Position numbers and translations under genes: made by a program | Shown: piece by piece, positions 19,795 through 30,037 of the stretch | Position numbering within the stretch: position 1 is the stretch's first letter | Layout: each line of letters opens with the position of its first letter | Source: Kosmotogales bacterium | GTDB lineage: Bacteria > Thermotogota > Thermotogae > Petrotogales > Kosmotogaceae | Direction: 5' to 3' | NCBI GenBank assembly: GCA_030156385.1 | Contig: JASGMR010000003.1 | Span: 250-64,249, forward strand | DNA: 64,000 nt | The notes under the pieces: model-generated | Database searches by the model: none | Told to the model about the DNA's origin: nothing | What the model saw: the letters and a program-made list of their open reading frames with translations, nothing else

Positions 19795-20163
19795 TTATAA
19801 TGATTCACCCCTCGAGTCCTGAAGTCCGAGTTTGTATAAAAGACCGCATGTTTTGTAAGTAGAGGAGGTCAAATGCAGAAGAGGAACTTCTAAAGCTGCA
19901 GCGAGTTGAATGGTTGCATCCTGGACGCTTAGCTTTCTCACTATTAAAACTGCGGATGCACCGACAACCGAAGCCGTTCTTACGCATTGCGGCGAATTTA
20001 AACCTGTTATTAAGAGCATTCCAGGTTTTCCGAAAACTAAAACATCACTCATGAGATCGGCGGTTCCAACAGATTCAATAATTATATTATTGTAATCTGG
20101 AGTTTTATTCAAAACTTTACAACCCAAATACTCCACTACTTCGGTCAGTTTCAATCTATTCAA
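19795..20163 (-). CDS. DRTGG-domain protein
   Basis: ADLMSDVL, LLITGL..PQCVRTA, CGLLY..GL. Confidence 0.85.
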   Translation of the reverse strand: MNRLKLTEVVEYLGCKVLNKTPDYNNIIIESVGTADLMSDVLVFGKPGMLLITGLNSPQCVRTASVVGASAVLIVRKLSVQDATIQLAAALEVPLLHLTSSTYKTCGLLYKLGLQDSRGESL

Positions 20164-20842
20164 CTCCTTTCAAAATATCACCTTTATAATTGTATTTTAT
20201 GAAAGCTTCATAAGTATTCGGACATTTTTCTTCGAATATTTTTGCAATGGCTTTAGCGTATTCCTGTATTTCAAATTGAGCATGTCCATCTGCTCTTAAG
20301 TTCAGAAAATTCATCAGACTTCTGACGTTGATTGTCCAGTAAAACTCTGTGTACATGGAAACGGGCAGCACGATTCTTGCCAGCTCTTTTGCTATTCCAA
20401 GTTCTCTGAGTTTTCTATATTCTTCAAATGATCTTTGAATGGATTCTTCAATTTTCTTCAATCCCTGAGAATTCAGATTCTCATCTGAGGACAGTTTCGA
20501 TCCCTGAAGGTTTATATTATCATCGGTTCTTATCTTTTCCGGAATATACCAGTCCTCTTTGAATTCGGTGTATCTTCCGCTTCTTTCATTTACCGAAGAG
20601 ATTCTATGTCTTATCCATTGTCTCATGACAAATATAGGTGTTTTAATATGAAATTTAAACACTATATGTTCAAAAGGAGTATGATGACCATTCTCCATTA
20701 AGTAAAACAAAAGTTTTCTATCTCTTTTTATATTGGTCAGTCCTTTTCCATAACTAACCCTCGCAGCCTGAACAGCAGACATATCGTTTCCGAGCATTTC
20801 TACGAATCTTACGAAGCCTTTATCAAGAATTTTTATTTCCAT
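20156..20842 (-). CDS. thyX: Flavin-dependent thymidylate synthase
   Basis: AARVSY, HHTPFEH, RQWIRHR..SVNERSGRY, ELAR.VLP, HAQFEI. Confidence 0.97.
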   Translation of the reverse strand: MEIKILDKGFVRFVEMLGNDMSAVQAARVSYGKGLTNIKRDRKLLFYLMENGHHTPFEHIVFKFHIKTPIFVMRQWIRHRISSVNERSGRYTEFKEDWYIPEKIRTDDNINLQGSKLSSDENLNSQGLKKIEESIQRSFEEYRKLRELGIAKELARIVLPVSMYTEFYWTINVRSLMNFLNLRADGHAQFEIQEYAKAIAKIFEEKCPNTYEAFIKYNYKGDILKGVE

Positions 20843-22007
20843 TTTTTAGCAGATTATCCCTCTCTTTTTTTTTATTTCTTTTATGGATATATTCTAACAG
20901 AAAGAGTGCCACAATGACACCGGTAATAATTGGTAACACACTTTTTAAAAAAATATTAAAAACATGATCAAATCTGAGTTTTTTCAAAGCATTTTTGACT
21001 TCTTCAGATGATTGCTCATAATCGTTCACCTGAAGATAATACCTTGCGAGACCCTTATCACCATCTTTATAGTAATAATGGGACAAACCGAGGTTTTTTA
21101 ATGAATTATAATTCGATGCATCATATACAAGTGAATCACCGTAATATTCTATTGCCTTTGAGAACTCATCATTTTTATAGTAAATATTTCCCAGTACTTC
21201 ATAAAGAACCGAAGTGAGTTTTTTATCAATTTTTGTTCTGTCAACACTCTTTAAAACGGTTTCGGCATCGATTGTTTCTCCCAGTTTGTAAAACGAAATT
21301 CCCCAGTAGGTTTTCAATTTATTGTAATCCGCATCATTTTCAGAAATATAATCGAATATTTTTAAAACTTCACTGTAGTTTTCTAAGTTGAACTCTGCAG
21401 TTAACAATTCGGAATACAGTGCTTCTATTTCATTGTTCAGAATATCGTCTTTTATTTTTTCTATTTCGTCTGCCGAACCAAACTTTGAATTTGTGTTGTA
21501 GTATAAAAGAGCATACAATGTGTACAACGATCCGGGATATTTTTCATGAAGGTCTTCAGAAATCGAAATTAATTTATCAGCGGTTTTCGGATCTTTAGTA
21601 TATTTCCAGTCATGAAACAAAACATGCAGATAATAGAAGTTCAAAAGATCACTTTTATTTTGAATAGAATCTATTTCCTTAATAATTTTTACCGAAGATT
21701 TCATAAATTCTTTTGATAATCCAAAAATAATTCCGATTTCTTCAGTCAGATTGTCTGTATTTATATTTTCTGAAGTCCTGTAAAATCTGCGTTCATATTT
21801 TTTATCTAAAGAATCTTTGTATAAAAAAGAATTAACGATTGCATAGGCCGCCTGCCAATTGGAAGAATCGTCGGCCTTAAGAGATAAGACATATTCCATA
21901 TCCGTATCCATAAACGTTTGAAGTAAATCTTCGTTGGAAAAACAGAAAATTAATGGAGTAAAACACAAGAAAAAAATTATTTCCAGAATTTTCCACTTTT
22001 TACCCAT
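20823..22007 (-). CDS. Exported TPR-repeat protein with C-terminal TM anchor
   Basis: N-terminal hydrophobic segment, TPR-like LGNIYYK..AIEYY, C-terminal TM plus basic tail. Confidence 0.65.
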   Translation of the reverse strand: MGKKWKILEIIFFLCFTPLIFCFSNEDLLQTFMDTDMEYVLSLKADDSSNWQAAYAIVNSFLYKDSLDKKYERRFYRTSENINTDNLTEEIGIIFGLSKEFMKSSVKIIKEIDSIQNKSDLLNFYYLHVLFHDWKYTKDPKTADKLISISEDLHEKYPGSLYTLYALLYYNTNSKFGSADEIEKIKDDILNNEIEALYSELLTAEFNLENYSEVLKIFDYISENDADYNKLKTYWGISFYKLGETIDAETVLKSVDRTKIDKKLTSVLYEVLGNIYYKNDEFSKAIEYYGDSLVYDASNYNSLKNLGLSHYYYKDGDKGLARYYLQVNDYEQSSEEVKNALKKLRFDHVFNIFLKSVLPIITGVIVALFLLEYIHKRNKKKERDNLLKNGNKNS

Positions 22008-22771
22008 AATCCCTCCTCACTGGAATTTAAAACATCGTTAATAACGATAAATGCTTTAGGGTTTTCAGAAAATTGGATGAAAATACCCGTTCCCTTTGAA
22101 GAAGAGGTTTTTTCGATGTCAAAATAATTGCACTTGAACGAGTCAAAATCTTCAATTATTTGTACTTTGTTATCCTTTTTTAAAGCCTTCTGGCCTTTTT
22201 CAAGATGCAATTCTCTTCCCCTGTTCCAGTCAAATAATCTGTATGTCAGGTCGGAAGCCTGCTGTATTTCAATTAATTCGGTGTCCGGTCCTATAGCGTG
22301 AACCGTACCGGCTTTTATAAAAGCAAAATCTCCTCTTTTCAATTTGTAAAAATCCAGATCTTCTTTTTTTATATCTTTCAACGGTTTATCGAAACTTTTT
22401 TTTACCCCGCCTGCAATTTGGCCGTTGTTAAGGAGGTACCAGCATTCATTTTTTCCCCACGGCTCGTTTTCAAGTTCTTTTGCCAGATCATCGTCGGGAT
22501 GAACCTGTACGGATACCCACTCTTTTGTTGAAATTAACTTTATTAAAATAGGAAATCTGTTGATTGAATTTTTCGCAAAATAATTTTTAAAATCATTCAG
22601 GTTATATTCTTTTTTAGTATTTATATCTTTTAATTTTGTTTCCATATTCTTTACATCGGAAACATACCATATTTCACCGATAGGGTCCTGATTATCTATT
22701 TTATAATTTTCATTGATCCTTCTGTCTCCCCATGGCCTTGGAGAAAATACGGGAATACATTCTAAAATCAT
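21977..22771 (-). CDS. manA: Mannose-6-phosphate isomerase, class I (cupin)
   Basis: PWG, IGEIW, FPILIK, SVQVHP, GKNECW, GTVHA, EIQQASDLTYR. Confidence 0.9.
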   Translation of the reverse strand: MILECIPVFSPRPWGDRRINENYKIDNQDPIGEIWYVSDVKNMETKLKDINTKKEYNLNDFKNYFAKNSINRFPILIKLISTKEWVSVQVHPDDDLAKELENEPWGKNECWYLLNNGQIAGGVKKSFDKPLKDIKKEDLDFYKLKRGDFAFIKAGTVHAIGPDTELIEIQQASDLTYRLFDWNRGRELHLEKGQKALKKDNKVQIIEDFDSFKCNYFDIEKTSSSKGTGIFIQFSENPKAFIVINDVLNSSEEGLWVKSGKFWK

Positions 22772-22780
22772 TTTATCCTC

Positions 22781-23707
22781 CTAAATTTTCTTTACGGTTA
22801 TTTTCTCTTTTAATTCTAACACTTTTTCGATTTTACACAGCTCTGTTCCGGGTGTTGTAACGGTTGCAGTGCTGGCAGCCGCAGCCAAAGTTAAGGACTC
22901 TTCAATCGAAAAATCAGATTCTTTTCCAAGGATAAAACCTGCGAGAAATGAATCCCCCGCACCGACAGCGCTTTTCACCTTTACTTCGGGAATAGAAATG
23001 CTGTAGAATTCCGAGTCAATATAACATAAAGCGCCTTCGCTCCCGAGTGTCAGTAAAATTTCTCTTATGTTGTATTTGTTTTCTATTTCAACACACGCTT
23101 TTTTATAACTATCTATTGAGGACAATTCTTTGTTCAATAATCTTTCCATTTCGAATTTGTTGGGTTTTATGCCCGTGGGAGAAGCCTTTACACCGTATTT
23201 GAACGCATCTTTATCAGAATCCAAATAAGTAAAAATATCTTTTTCATTCAATCTTTCTATGAGATCTTTATAAACCGTATCTTTATAACCACGTGGAGGT
23301 GTGCCCGTTAAAACAACGGTGTCTCCCTTCCTTACCAGCATGTTAATAGTTTTAATGATTTTTTCCTGGTCCATCCTGTTTACATTTGGACCTTTCATGC
23401 TCATTCTGTATTGCTTTGTTTTTTCCTGAATTAAAATGTTCATTCTGGTTTCTTCTTCCACTATTACGTTGGTATAGACCACTCCTTCTTCATCAAGCAT
23501 CTGAAGTAATCTGTTTCCATTGTTACCTCCAACGATTGTTATTGCGACGGTATGACCTTTCAATTCATTTATAACTCTTGATACATCTATTCCTTTGCCT
23601 GCAGGATAATCTTTAATTTTATTCACTCTTACTGTGTCATCCTGAATTAATTTATCAACATATAAAAAACGATCAAGTGCCGGGTTTAAAGTCAAAGTAA
23701 AAATCAT
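22781..23707 (-). CDS. PfkB-family 1-phosphofructokinase-like hexose kinase
   Basis: TLTLNPALD, AGKGIDVS, KPNKFE, SAVGAGDS. Confidence 0.92.
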   Translation of the reverse strand: MIFTLTLNPALDRFLYVDKLIQDDTVRVNKIKDYPAGKGIDVSRVINELKGHTVAITIVGGNNGNRLLQMLDEEGVVYTNVIVEEETRMNILIQEKTKQYRMSMKGPNVNRMDQEKIIKTINMLVRKGDTVVLTGTPPRGYKDTVYKDLIERLNEKDIFTYLDSDKDAFKYGVKASPTGIKPNKFEMERLLNKELSSIDSYKKACVEIENKYNIREILLTLGSEGALCYIDSEFYSISIPEVKVKSAVGAGDSFLAGFILGKESDFSIEESLTLAAAASTATVTTPGTELCKIEKVLELKEKITVKKI

Positions 23708-23882
23708 CGATTATACCTCCGTAAAGTTGTTTAATTATAACATAGAGCGAATAACGAATTGTAAGAATACGATTATAAAATAAATTTATTTTGTATAATT
23801 GTCATTTTTAATTAATACTTTTCAAAATTGAATTATCTTTTTTTGATATAATTCTTTAGACTTAATAAACGAGGTGAAAAAT

Positions 23883-25112
23883 ATGAAAAAAAATGCTATA
23901 TACGGACAATCAGGCGGAGTGACTCCCGTTATAAACAGTTCTGCCGCAGGAACTATCAGAGCGGCTATATCCAGTGATAAAATTGAGAGAGTCTATGTTT
24001 CATTAAATGGAATTGATGGGATACTGAAGCAAAATATTGTTGATATGACCGTTGAAAATCCCATGGAAATTGAGAAAATATCGTATGCACCGGGAGCGAT
24101 TTTCGGTTCATGCAGGAGAAAACTTACGGAAGAGGATTACGATAAAATATTCAAAATATTTTCTCTTAACAATATTGGATATTTTTACTACAACGGTGGC
24201 AACGATTCGATGGAAACTGCTCATTTAATAGCAAAAAAAGCTGAAAAAATAGGATATGATTTAAAAGTAATAGGAATACCGAAAACCGTGGATAATGATC
24301 TTATGAAAACCGATCACTGCCCCGGATTTGGATCGGCTGCCAAATTTACTTCTATAGCCATGCTGGAGGCAACGAAGGATTTAAAATCAATGCATACGAG
24401 TTCAACTCAGGTGTTTATTTTGGAATCGATGGGAAGACATGCGGGATGGCTTGCGGCCTCAGGGGTTTTGGCCGGAATAAACGGTGAGGAAATACCGGAA
24501 ATAATATTGATGCCCGAAGTCCCTTTTGATCAGGATAAATTTCTGCAGAAAGTGGAATATTCTTTACTCGATGATGGATTCTGTGCGATTATTGCTTCGG
24601 AAGCATTGACCGGTGCGGATGGGAAATTCATTTCCACATCGGATTTTGTTGATGAGTTTGGCAACGTTCAACTCGGTAAAGTGGGAATTTATCTTGAAAA
24701 GTTAATAAAAAATAATCTGGGGAAAAAAGTTCACGTTTCTTTACCCGATTATCTGCAGAGATCTTCAAGGCACATCGCCAGTTTTGTTGACTGGCAGGAA
24801 GCATCCCAGGTCGGTACAGTTGCGGTTATTTATTCGACCGAATATGGAATGACGGACAAAATGGTCGCGATTGTAAGAGATAATAACGATCCGTATATAT
24901 CACATTTTGAACCGGTGGAACTAGAGGGAATAGCCGGGGAAACCAAGATCATGCCTTCGGAGTTCATCGGAGAGGATAATATGAGTGTCAGTGAAAAATT
25001 TATTGAATATGTGAGACCCTTGATTAAAGGTGAGGCACCGAATTTATTTTTAAATGGTATACCGACGTATCCAAAATTAAAATTAAAAAATATTTCAAAA
25101 AAGGAAATATAA
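23883..25112 (+). CDS. pfp: 6-phosphofructokinase, PPi-dependent type
   Basis: GQSGG, GGNDS (Asp) and PKTVDND (Lys) PPi-type signature, MGRHAGW. Confidence 0.88.
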   Translation: MKKNAIYGQSGGVTPVINSSAAGTIRAAISSDKIERVYVSLNGIDGILKQNIVDMTVENPMEIEKISYAPGAIFGSCRRKLTEEDYDKIFKIFSLNNIGYFYYNGGNDSMETAHLIAKKAEKIGYDLKVIGIPKTVDNDLMKTDHCPGFGSAAKFTSIAMLEATKDLKSMHTSSTQVFILESMGRHAGWLAASGVLAGINGEEIPEIILMPEVPFDQDKFLQKVEYSLLDDGFCAIIASEALTGADGKFISTSDFVDEFGNVQLGKVGIYLEKLIKNNLGKKVHVSLPDYLQRSSRHIASFVDWQEASQVGTVAVIYSTEYGMTDKMVAIVRDNNDPYISHFEPVELEGIAGETKIMPSEFIGEDNMSVSEKFIEYVRPLIKGEAPNLFLNGIPTYPKLKLKNISKKEI

Positions 25113-25123
25113 GGAGTAATGAT

Positions 25124-26356
25124 TTGAATAAAGTAGAATTGCTGGCTCCTGCTGGAGATCTTGAAAGATTGAAATTTGCTTTCATTTATGGTGCCGATGC
25201 GGTTTATATAGGTGGAGAAAGATATAGTTTAAGAGCATCGGCGAAGAATTTTACTCTTGAACAAATAAATGAGGCCGTTAATTTTGCTCACAAGCTGAAC
25301 AAAAAAGTTTATATTGCAATCAACATTTTTGCTCACAATCAGGATCTTGAGGGTTTAGAAGAATATTTAATCTCTTTGAAAAATTTAAATGTGGATGCTT
25401 TTATTATTTCCGATCCTGCGATAATTGAAGTTTCAAAAAAAGTAGCACCGGAAATGGAAATTCATTTGAGCACTCAGGCGAATACGACCAATTATCTTTC
25501 CGCATTGTTCTGGAAAAAGATCGGAATTAAAAGAGTGGTTATTGCGAGAGAGCTCAATTTCAATGAAATAAAACAGTTCAGTGAAAATTTAAATGGAGAA
25601 ATACAATTGGAAGCTTTTGTACACGGAGCGATGTGTATTTCATATTCGGGCAGATGCTTAATAAGTAATTTTTTACTGCAAAAGGATGCGAACAGGGGAG
25701 AATGCAAGCATCCATGCAGATGGAGATATTCTCTCGTTGAAGAGACCAGACCGGGAGAATATTTTCCGGTGGCCGAAGATGATAGAGGTACATATTTTTT
25801 CAATTCAAAAGATTTATGCATGATCGAATATATTCCTCAACTGATAGAATCCGGAATTCGAAGTTTGAAAATTGAAGGAAGAATGAAATCCACACTTTAT
25901 ATAGCTACAGTTGTGGGGGCATACAGAAAAGCGATCGATGAATATTACAAAAATCCGGATCACTGGCTTTTTAAACACGAATGGATGGATGAACTGAAAA
26001 AATCAACTCACAGGGATTTTACCACCGGATTTTATTTTAATAAACCGAATAACGAAGATCAGAGATATGACAACAGTAATTATATAAGGGATTATCTTTT
26101 CTGCGGAATAGGGAAAGGTTACGATGAATCGCAGAATTTAAGTTTGGTTCAACAGAGATACAGGATGTTCACAGGGGAAAAAGTTGAAATATTGGGATAT
26201 GATCTTTCCGAATCAATAGAAACGAAAATTGGAAAAATGTACGATGATAATGATCAGGAAATCAGCGTTGCTCCCAATCCGATGAAAATGATAAAAATAG
26301 ATTTGGGATTTCCCATTAAAGAAAATTATATAATAAGAAAAAAAAGAGAGGAATGA
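25124..26356 (+). CDS. Peptidase U32-family protein (tRNA hydroxylase TrhP-like)
   Basis: ELLAPAG, GADAVY, HLSTQ, HGAMCISYSGRC..NRGECKHPCRW, LKIEGR. Confidence 0.92.
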   Translation: MNKVELLAPAGDLERLKFAFIYGADAVYIGGERYSLRASAKNFTLEQINEAVNFAHKLNKKVYIAINIFAHNQDLEGLEEYLISLKNLNVDAFIISDPAIIEVSKKVAPEMEIHLSTQANTTNYLSALFWKKIGIKRVVIARELNFNEIKQFSENLNGEIQLEAFVHGAMCISYSGRCLISNFLLQKDANRGECKHPCRWRYSLVEETRPGEYFPVAEDDRGTYFFNSKDLCMIEYIPQLIESGIRSLKIEGRMKSTLYIATVVGAYRKAIDEYYKNPDHWLFKHEWMDELKKSTHRDFTTGFYFNKPNNEDQRYDNSNYIRDYLFCGIGKGYDESQNLSLVQQRYRMFTGEKVEILGYDLSESIETKIGKMYDDNDQEISVAPNPMKMIKIDLGFPIKENYIIRKKREE

Positions 26357-26370
26357 ATCCTCTCTTTTTT
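26340..26370. terminator. Bidirectional terminator
   Basis: AAAAAAGAGAGGA-N5-TCCTCTCTTTTTT between convergent genes. Confidence 0.85.
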
Positions 26371-26518
26371 ATTTGATGAGTAAAATTCTTAAAATCATGG
26401 GAACTATTATCATAGCGCTCATTACCCATTCCCATTTTTTTGCATGTTTAAACGTCGTGTACAGAAGGATGCCGGCCAAAAATACAGTTATTATTATATA
26501 AATTGCCGTAATTATCAT
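26369..26518 (-). CDS. 49-aa two-TM membrane peptide (not in ORF track)
   Basis: AGGAGG RBS; ATG overlaps upstream TGA; MIITAIYIIITVFLAGILLYTTFKHAKKWEWVMSAMIIVPMILRILLIK*. Confidence 0.75.
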   Translation of the reverse strand: MIITAIYIIITVFLAGILLYTTFKHAKKWEWVMSAMIIVPMILRILLIK

Positions 26519-27873
26519 GTTGTTTGCCTCCTTATTTTGAACTTATCGAATATTATGAAAAGAACAAATAAGATAGCTAACCCGATGAAAAATACTGGAT
26601 AAAACGAATTGCCTTCAACAAATTTTCCAAAGGATTTCGAATTTGCAATCACAAATGTTGCGTAAACCATGGTGATGAAAAAGGAGGGCAGCCCCGCAAC
26701 CCAAACCTTGAAGTAATTTTTTTCACCGACGATATGAGCGGCAAAAATTCCTGCCAGTGCGGTCGGAGGAACCATATCGCCCAAACCTGCTAACAATGAC
26801 AGTGCAGAACATACAACTATGTCATTACCTCCCAGGAATGCCAACAGGAAAGGAACTCCAAGTACCGAAGCCGATCCATAAGAAGAAACAGCACCAAATA
26901 ACGGAATTCCTATCGCAATTCCAATTAAAAGAATTTCTGAAGGTAATCCGTTCAAAAATCCAACTATCATACCCCTGACACCGTTTAAAGTCATGATTTG
27001 TATGAACATTCCAACTCCAGCAAGGATTGAAAGAATCCCAAGTGAATCTCTCATTGCTTCAACGGAGGTCTTAAAAATATTTCCCTTTCTACCGGTAAAT
27101 GTGGCTAAAATTGCAGAAATTATAAAAATCAAAGGCAAACCTAACGATAGTATGCCCACATTTTCCAATACCATCAGAATTATCATCACAATCGCAGGCA
27201 AATATATTGCAAAATTTGAAGAAGGGATATCTTCAATTGCTAATTCATCAACGTTAACTGGCTTAAGCTGATTTCCGGCGATAACGAGCGAAGAAACTAT
27301 TGCTAACGGGAATGTCAAAAGCAGGAGCGGTGGTGTAAAACCAATATACGGCATATCTACACCCTGACCGATAATCATCGCGGGTAAATTGACTGGAGGA
27401 GCTATCATCCCATAAATACCGGCCATAGCAATTATTGCACCCGCCTTTTTTTTACTCAGATTCATGCTTTTTAAAACCGGGTAAGAGATGGCACCCGTAG
27501 TTAAAACGGTTGCAGTGGATGAACCGGTGATCATACCGGCAATCATAATAAAAAATGTCATTAATACCAGTAATAATGTTGGTTGGTTTTTAAGACCCAA
27601 TGCCATTTTTTTTGCCAGGGTATCAAGTAAACCAGAATGTTTGATCGAAGCCATAAAAATCATGGCCGTTGCTATAATTAACATTGTATCGATATAACCA
27701 AAGGCACCTTCAACGAGATGTCTTACAGGGAAAAATTCTCCAAAAGCAATAGCGCCTGCAAGAGCAGAAAACATCAAAGAAACGCCTATTGGTATTTTAA
27801 TAGCTGCAAGGAAAATGAATGTTCCAAGCATTAATATAAAATAAAATACTTCCGGTGTATAAATCTCTCTCAC
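26515..27873 (-). CDS. TRAP large-permease (DctM)/IT-superfamily transporter
   Basis: About 12 TMs; ITGSSTA, GMIAPPVN and GDMVPPTA re-entrant motifs. Confidence 0.82.
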   Translation of the reverse strand: MREIYTPEVFYFILMLGTFIFLAAIKIPIGVSLMFSALAGAIAFGEFFPVRHLVEGAFGYIDTMLIIATAMIFMASIKHSGLLDTLAKKMALGLKNQPTLLLVLMTFFIMIAGMITGSSTATVLTTGAISYPVLKSMNLSKKKAGAIIAMAGIYGMIAPPVNLPAMIIGQGVDMPYIGFTPPLLLLTFPLAIVSSLVIAGNQLKPVNVDELAIEDIPSSNFAIYLPAIVMIILMVLENVGILSLGLPLIFIISAILATFTGRKGNIFKTSVEAMRDSLGILSILAGVGMFIQIMTLNGVRGMIVGFLNGLPSEILLIGIAIGIPLFGAVSSYGSASVLGVPFLLAFLGGNDIVVCSALSLLAGLGDMVPPTALAGIFAAHIVGEKNYFKVWVAGLPSFFITMVYATFVIANSKSFGKFVEGNSFYPVFFIGLAILFVLFIIFDKFKIRRQTT

Positions 27874-27879
27874 CCCTTA

Positions 27880-28953
27880 TTAATTTAGATATTCTTCAAA
27901 ACCATTATCCATTATTTCAAAATAATCGGGAAGATTATCGATTTCCAATGAATCTCCAAACATCATATTGTATCCGTCGATAAGTGAGGATATCACAGTA
28001 AGATTCCACCCTATTCTATGTTTTAAAGGAAAATCTTCATCGTAAAGTACATCGGGAAATTCTTGTTGTGACATGCCCGGATTGGGACTTTCGCACAGAA
28101 AAGACAAGCTATCTGTATAGTTTCCAATTTCAAGATGGCTCAATCCTCTGAATGCCGGATTCGATTGATCCAATTTTATAGGCAGGTCATACATCTCAAC
28201 TTCCATAGCGGCAATTGCACCAATTTCCAAAGCGGTTTCTGCGGGATTGCAAACTAGCATATAAGCCAATCTACCGCTTGAATAAGTGCTGCCATTGCTA
28301 TTTTTATACGTAAATCCTGGAGGATCGGATTCATGCATATCCAGATTTATATTGACTCCTTCTTCCTTTATTAACTGAATGATCGCATAAGCAAGTTGCT
28401 GTGTTATATTTCCATCAGCGACACCAGGATATTGTCTGTTTAAATTTCTCGCTTCTGCACCATCTTCCAGAGTGAAATCAGATTGGTAGTGTTTAAATAC
28501 TTCCGGGTCCGGATATATCTGGTCTTCAGGATCTGTTCTCCTGTCTCCATAGACTATAAATCTCGGTCCGGACTTCGTTTCTATTGGTAAAAAATGATCA
28601 ATATTTGGATTTCTGGTATCGTTTACCGATACACCGCTTTTATTTGAATAGGGAATAACTATTACTCTTCCTTTTTTTACAACGGCTCTTTCAATGAACA
28701 TCGTTGCGGTCATCATGGTTGAAATTTCATTGCTGTGGGTACCGCCCATTAATAAAAAGGTTGCACCCTCCTCACCGCTATCCATAAAATATACGGGAGT
28801 GTCCAGATTCGTGCCTTTTAGCCCCTCATGATAATCAGAAAGCCAGCCAAAACCTGTAACACCTTTTCCCGGCCTTACATCCGGCTGAAAATAAGCTGCA
28901 ATGGAAAGTGATGAGAGAATTATAACCGTAAATATGATAAAAAATTTCTTCAT
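27880..28953 (-). CDS. Exported M14/AstE-AspA-family Zn carboxypeptidase/deacylase, paralog 3
   Basis: Signal peptide; GGTHSNE, NLNR, DMHES, CESPNP. Confidence 0.82.
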   Translation of the reverse strand: MKKFFIIFTVIILSSLSIAAYFQPDVRPGKGVTGFGWLSDYHEGLKGTNLDTPVYFMDSGEEGATFLLMGGTHSNEISTMMTATMFIERAVVKKGRVIVIPYSNKSGVSVNDTRNPNIDHFLPIETKSGPRFIVYGDRRTDPEDQIYPDPEVFKHYQSDFTLEDGAEARNLNRQYPGVADGNITQQLAYAIIQLIKEEGVNINLDMHESDPPGFTYKNSNGSTYSSGRLAYMLVCNPAETALEIGAIAAMEVEMYDLPIKLDQSNPAFRGLSHLEIGNYTDSLSFLCESPNPGMSQQEFPDVLYDEDFPLKHRIGWNLTVISSLIDGYNMMFGDSLEIDNLPDYFEIMDNGFEEYLN

Positions 28954-28966
28954 TTATCCTTCTCCT

Positions 28967-30028
28967 TTAATTTAAATACGCTTCGAAACCGTATTTCATA
29001 AGATCACTGTATGTTGGTATTTTTTCAACTTCTAATTTTTCCTCGAACAGCATATTATATGAATCTATAAGCATCTGTACGATTTCCAGTTGTATCCCTA
29101 TCCTGTGTTTCAGGGGATATTTACTGTCATACATAGGATCCGGATTATTTTTTGAAGGATCCTGAGCGGGGTTTGGCGTTTCCGATAAAAAAGAAAGGCT
29201 GTTGGTGTAATTTCCTATTTCAAGATGGCTCAATCCTCTTGAATTTTTTGCAGACTCTTCCAATTTAACATTTATTCCCGTTTCCAGCTCAAGGTTCAAC
29301 ATAGCCAATATTCCCATTTCAAGTGCCTTTGGATTGCACACGAGAGAATATGAAAGGTTGTAATCAGAATTACTTTTTTCATATTCTTCAGGAGTTCTGC
29401 TCTCATGCATGTCAAGATTAAAATCAACGTTTTCTTCATTTATAAGATTGATAATTGCAAAAGCCAATTTTGAAGTCAAAGTTCCATTTTCTTCCCCTGG
29501 ATAATTTCTGTTCAGATTTCTACTCTCATCACCTTTATATTCCGTTTCATCTGATGGATGAACAAAGACCTCCGGGTCCTCTATTCCTTCATCGTTTATA
29601 TCCGTTCTTCGATCTCCGAAAACGAGATATCTTTTTCCCGATTTTGTTTGAACCGGAAGAAAATGAGATACTTTTCCCGTCAGATCCGGTATGGATGCAG
29701 CACTTAAATTTGAATAAGGAATAACGATAACTTTTCCCGTTTTAACAACGGCATTTTCAATAAATGATATAGCAGCAACCGTCCCGGCCAATTCTCCGGG
29801 ATGAGTACCACCCATGAGAAGAAAAGTGGCACCGGTTGCCTCACCACTCATAATATAAACCGGAGTATCAACATTGGTTTCCTTTATTCCAGGAAAGTAA
29901 TCAGAAAGCCATTTGAAATCTGTTACACCGTCACCTGGCCTTATATCGGGATAAAACTCCTTTGAAAAACATGATACTATCAGTACAAATATAAAAATCA
30001 ATACGACGATTAGTTTCTTTTTATTCAT
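28967..30028 (-). CDS. Exported M14/AstE-AspA-family Zn carboxypeptidase/deacylase, paralog 2
   Basis: Signal peptide; GGTHPGE, NLNR, DMHES, SETPNP. Confidence 0.82.
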   Translation of the reverse strand: MNKKKLIVVLIFIFVLIVSCFSKEFYPDIRPGDGVTDFKWLSDYFPGIKETNVDTPVYIMSGEATGATFLLMGGTHPGELAGTVAAISFIENAVVKTGKVIVIPYSNLSAASIPDLTGKVSHFLPVQTKSGKRYLVFGDRRTDINDEGIEDPEVFVHPSDETEYKGDESRNLNRNYPGEENGTLTSKLAFAIINLINEENVDFNLDMHESRTPEEYEKSNSDYNLSYSLVCNPKALEMGILAMLNLELETGINVKLEESAKNSRGLSHLEIGNYTNSLSFLSETPNPAQDPSKNNPDPMYDSKYPLKHRIGIQLEIVQMLIDSYNMLFEEKLEVEKIPTYSDLMKYGFEAYLN

Positions 30029-30037
30029 TATCTGCCA

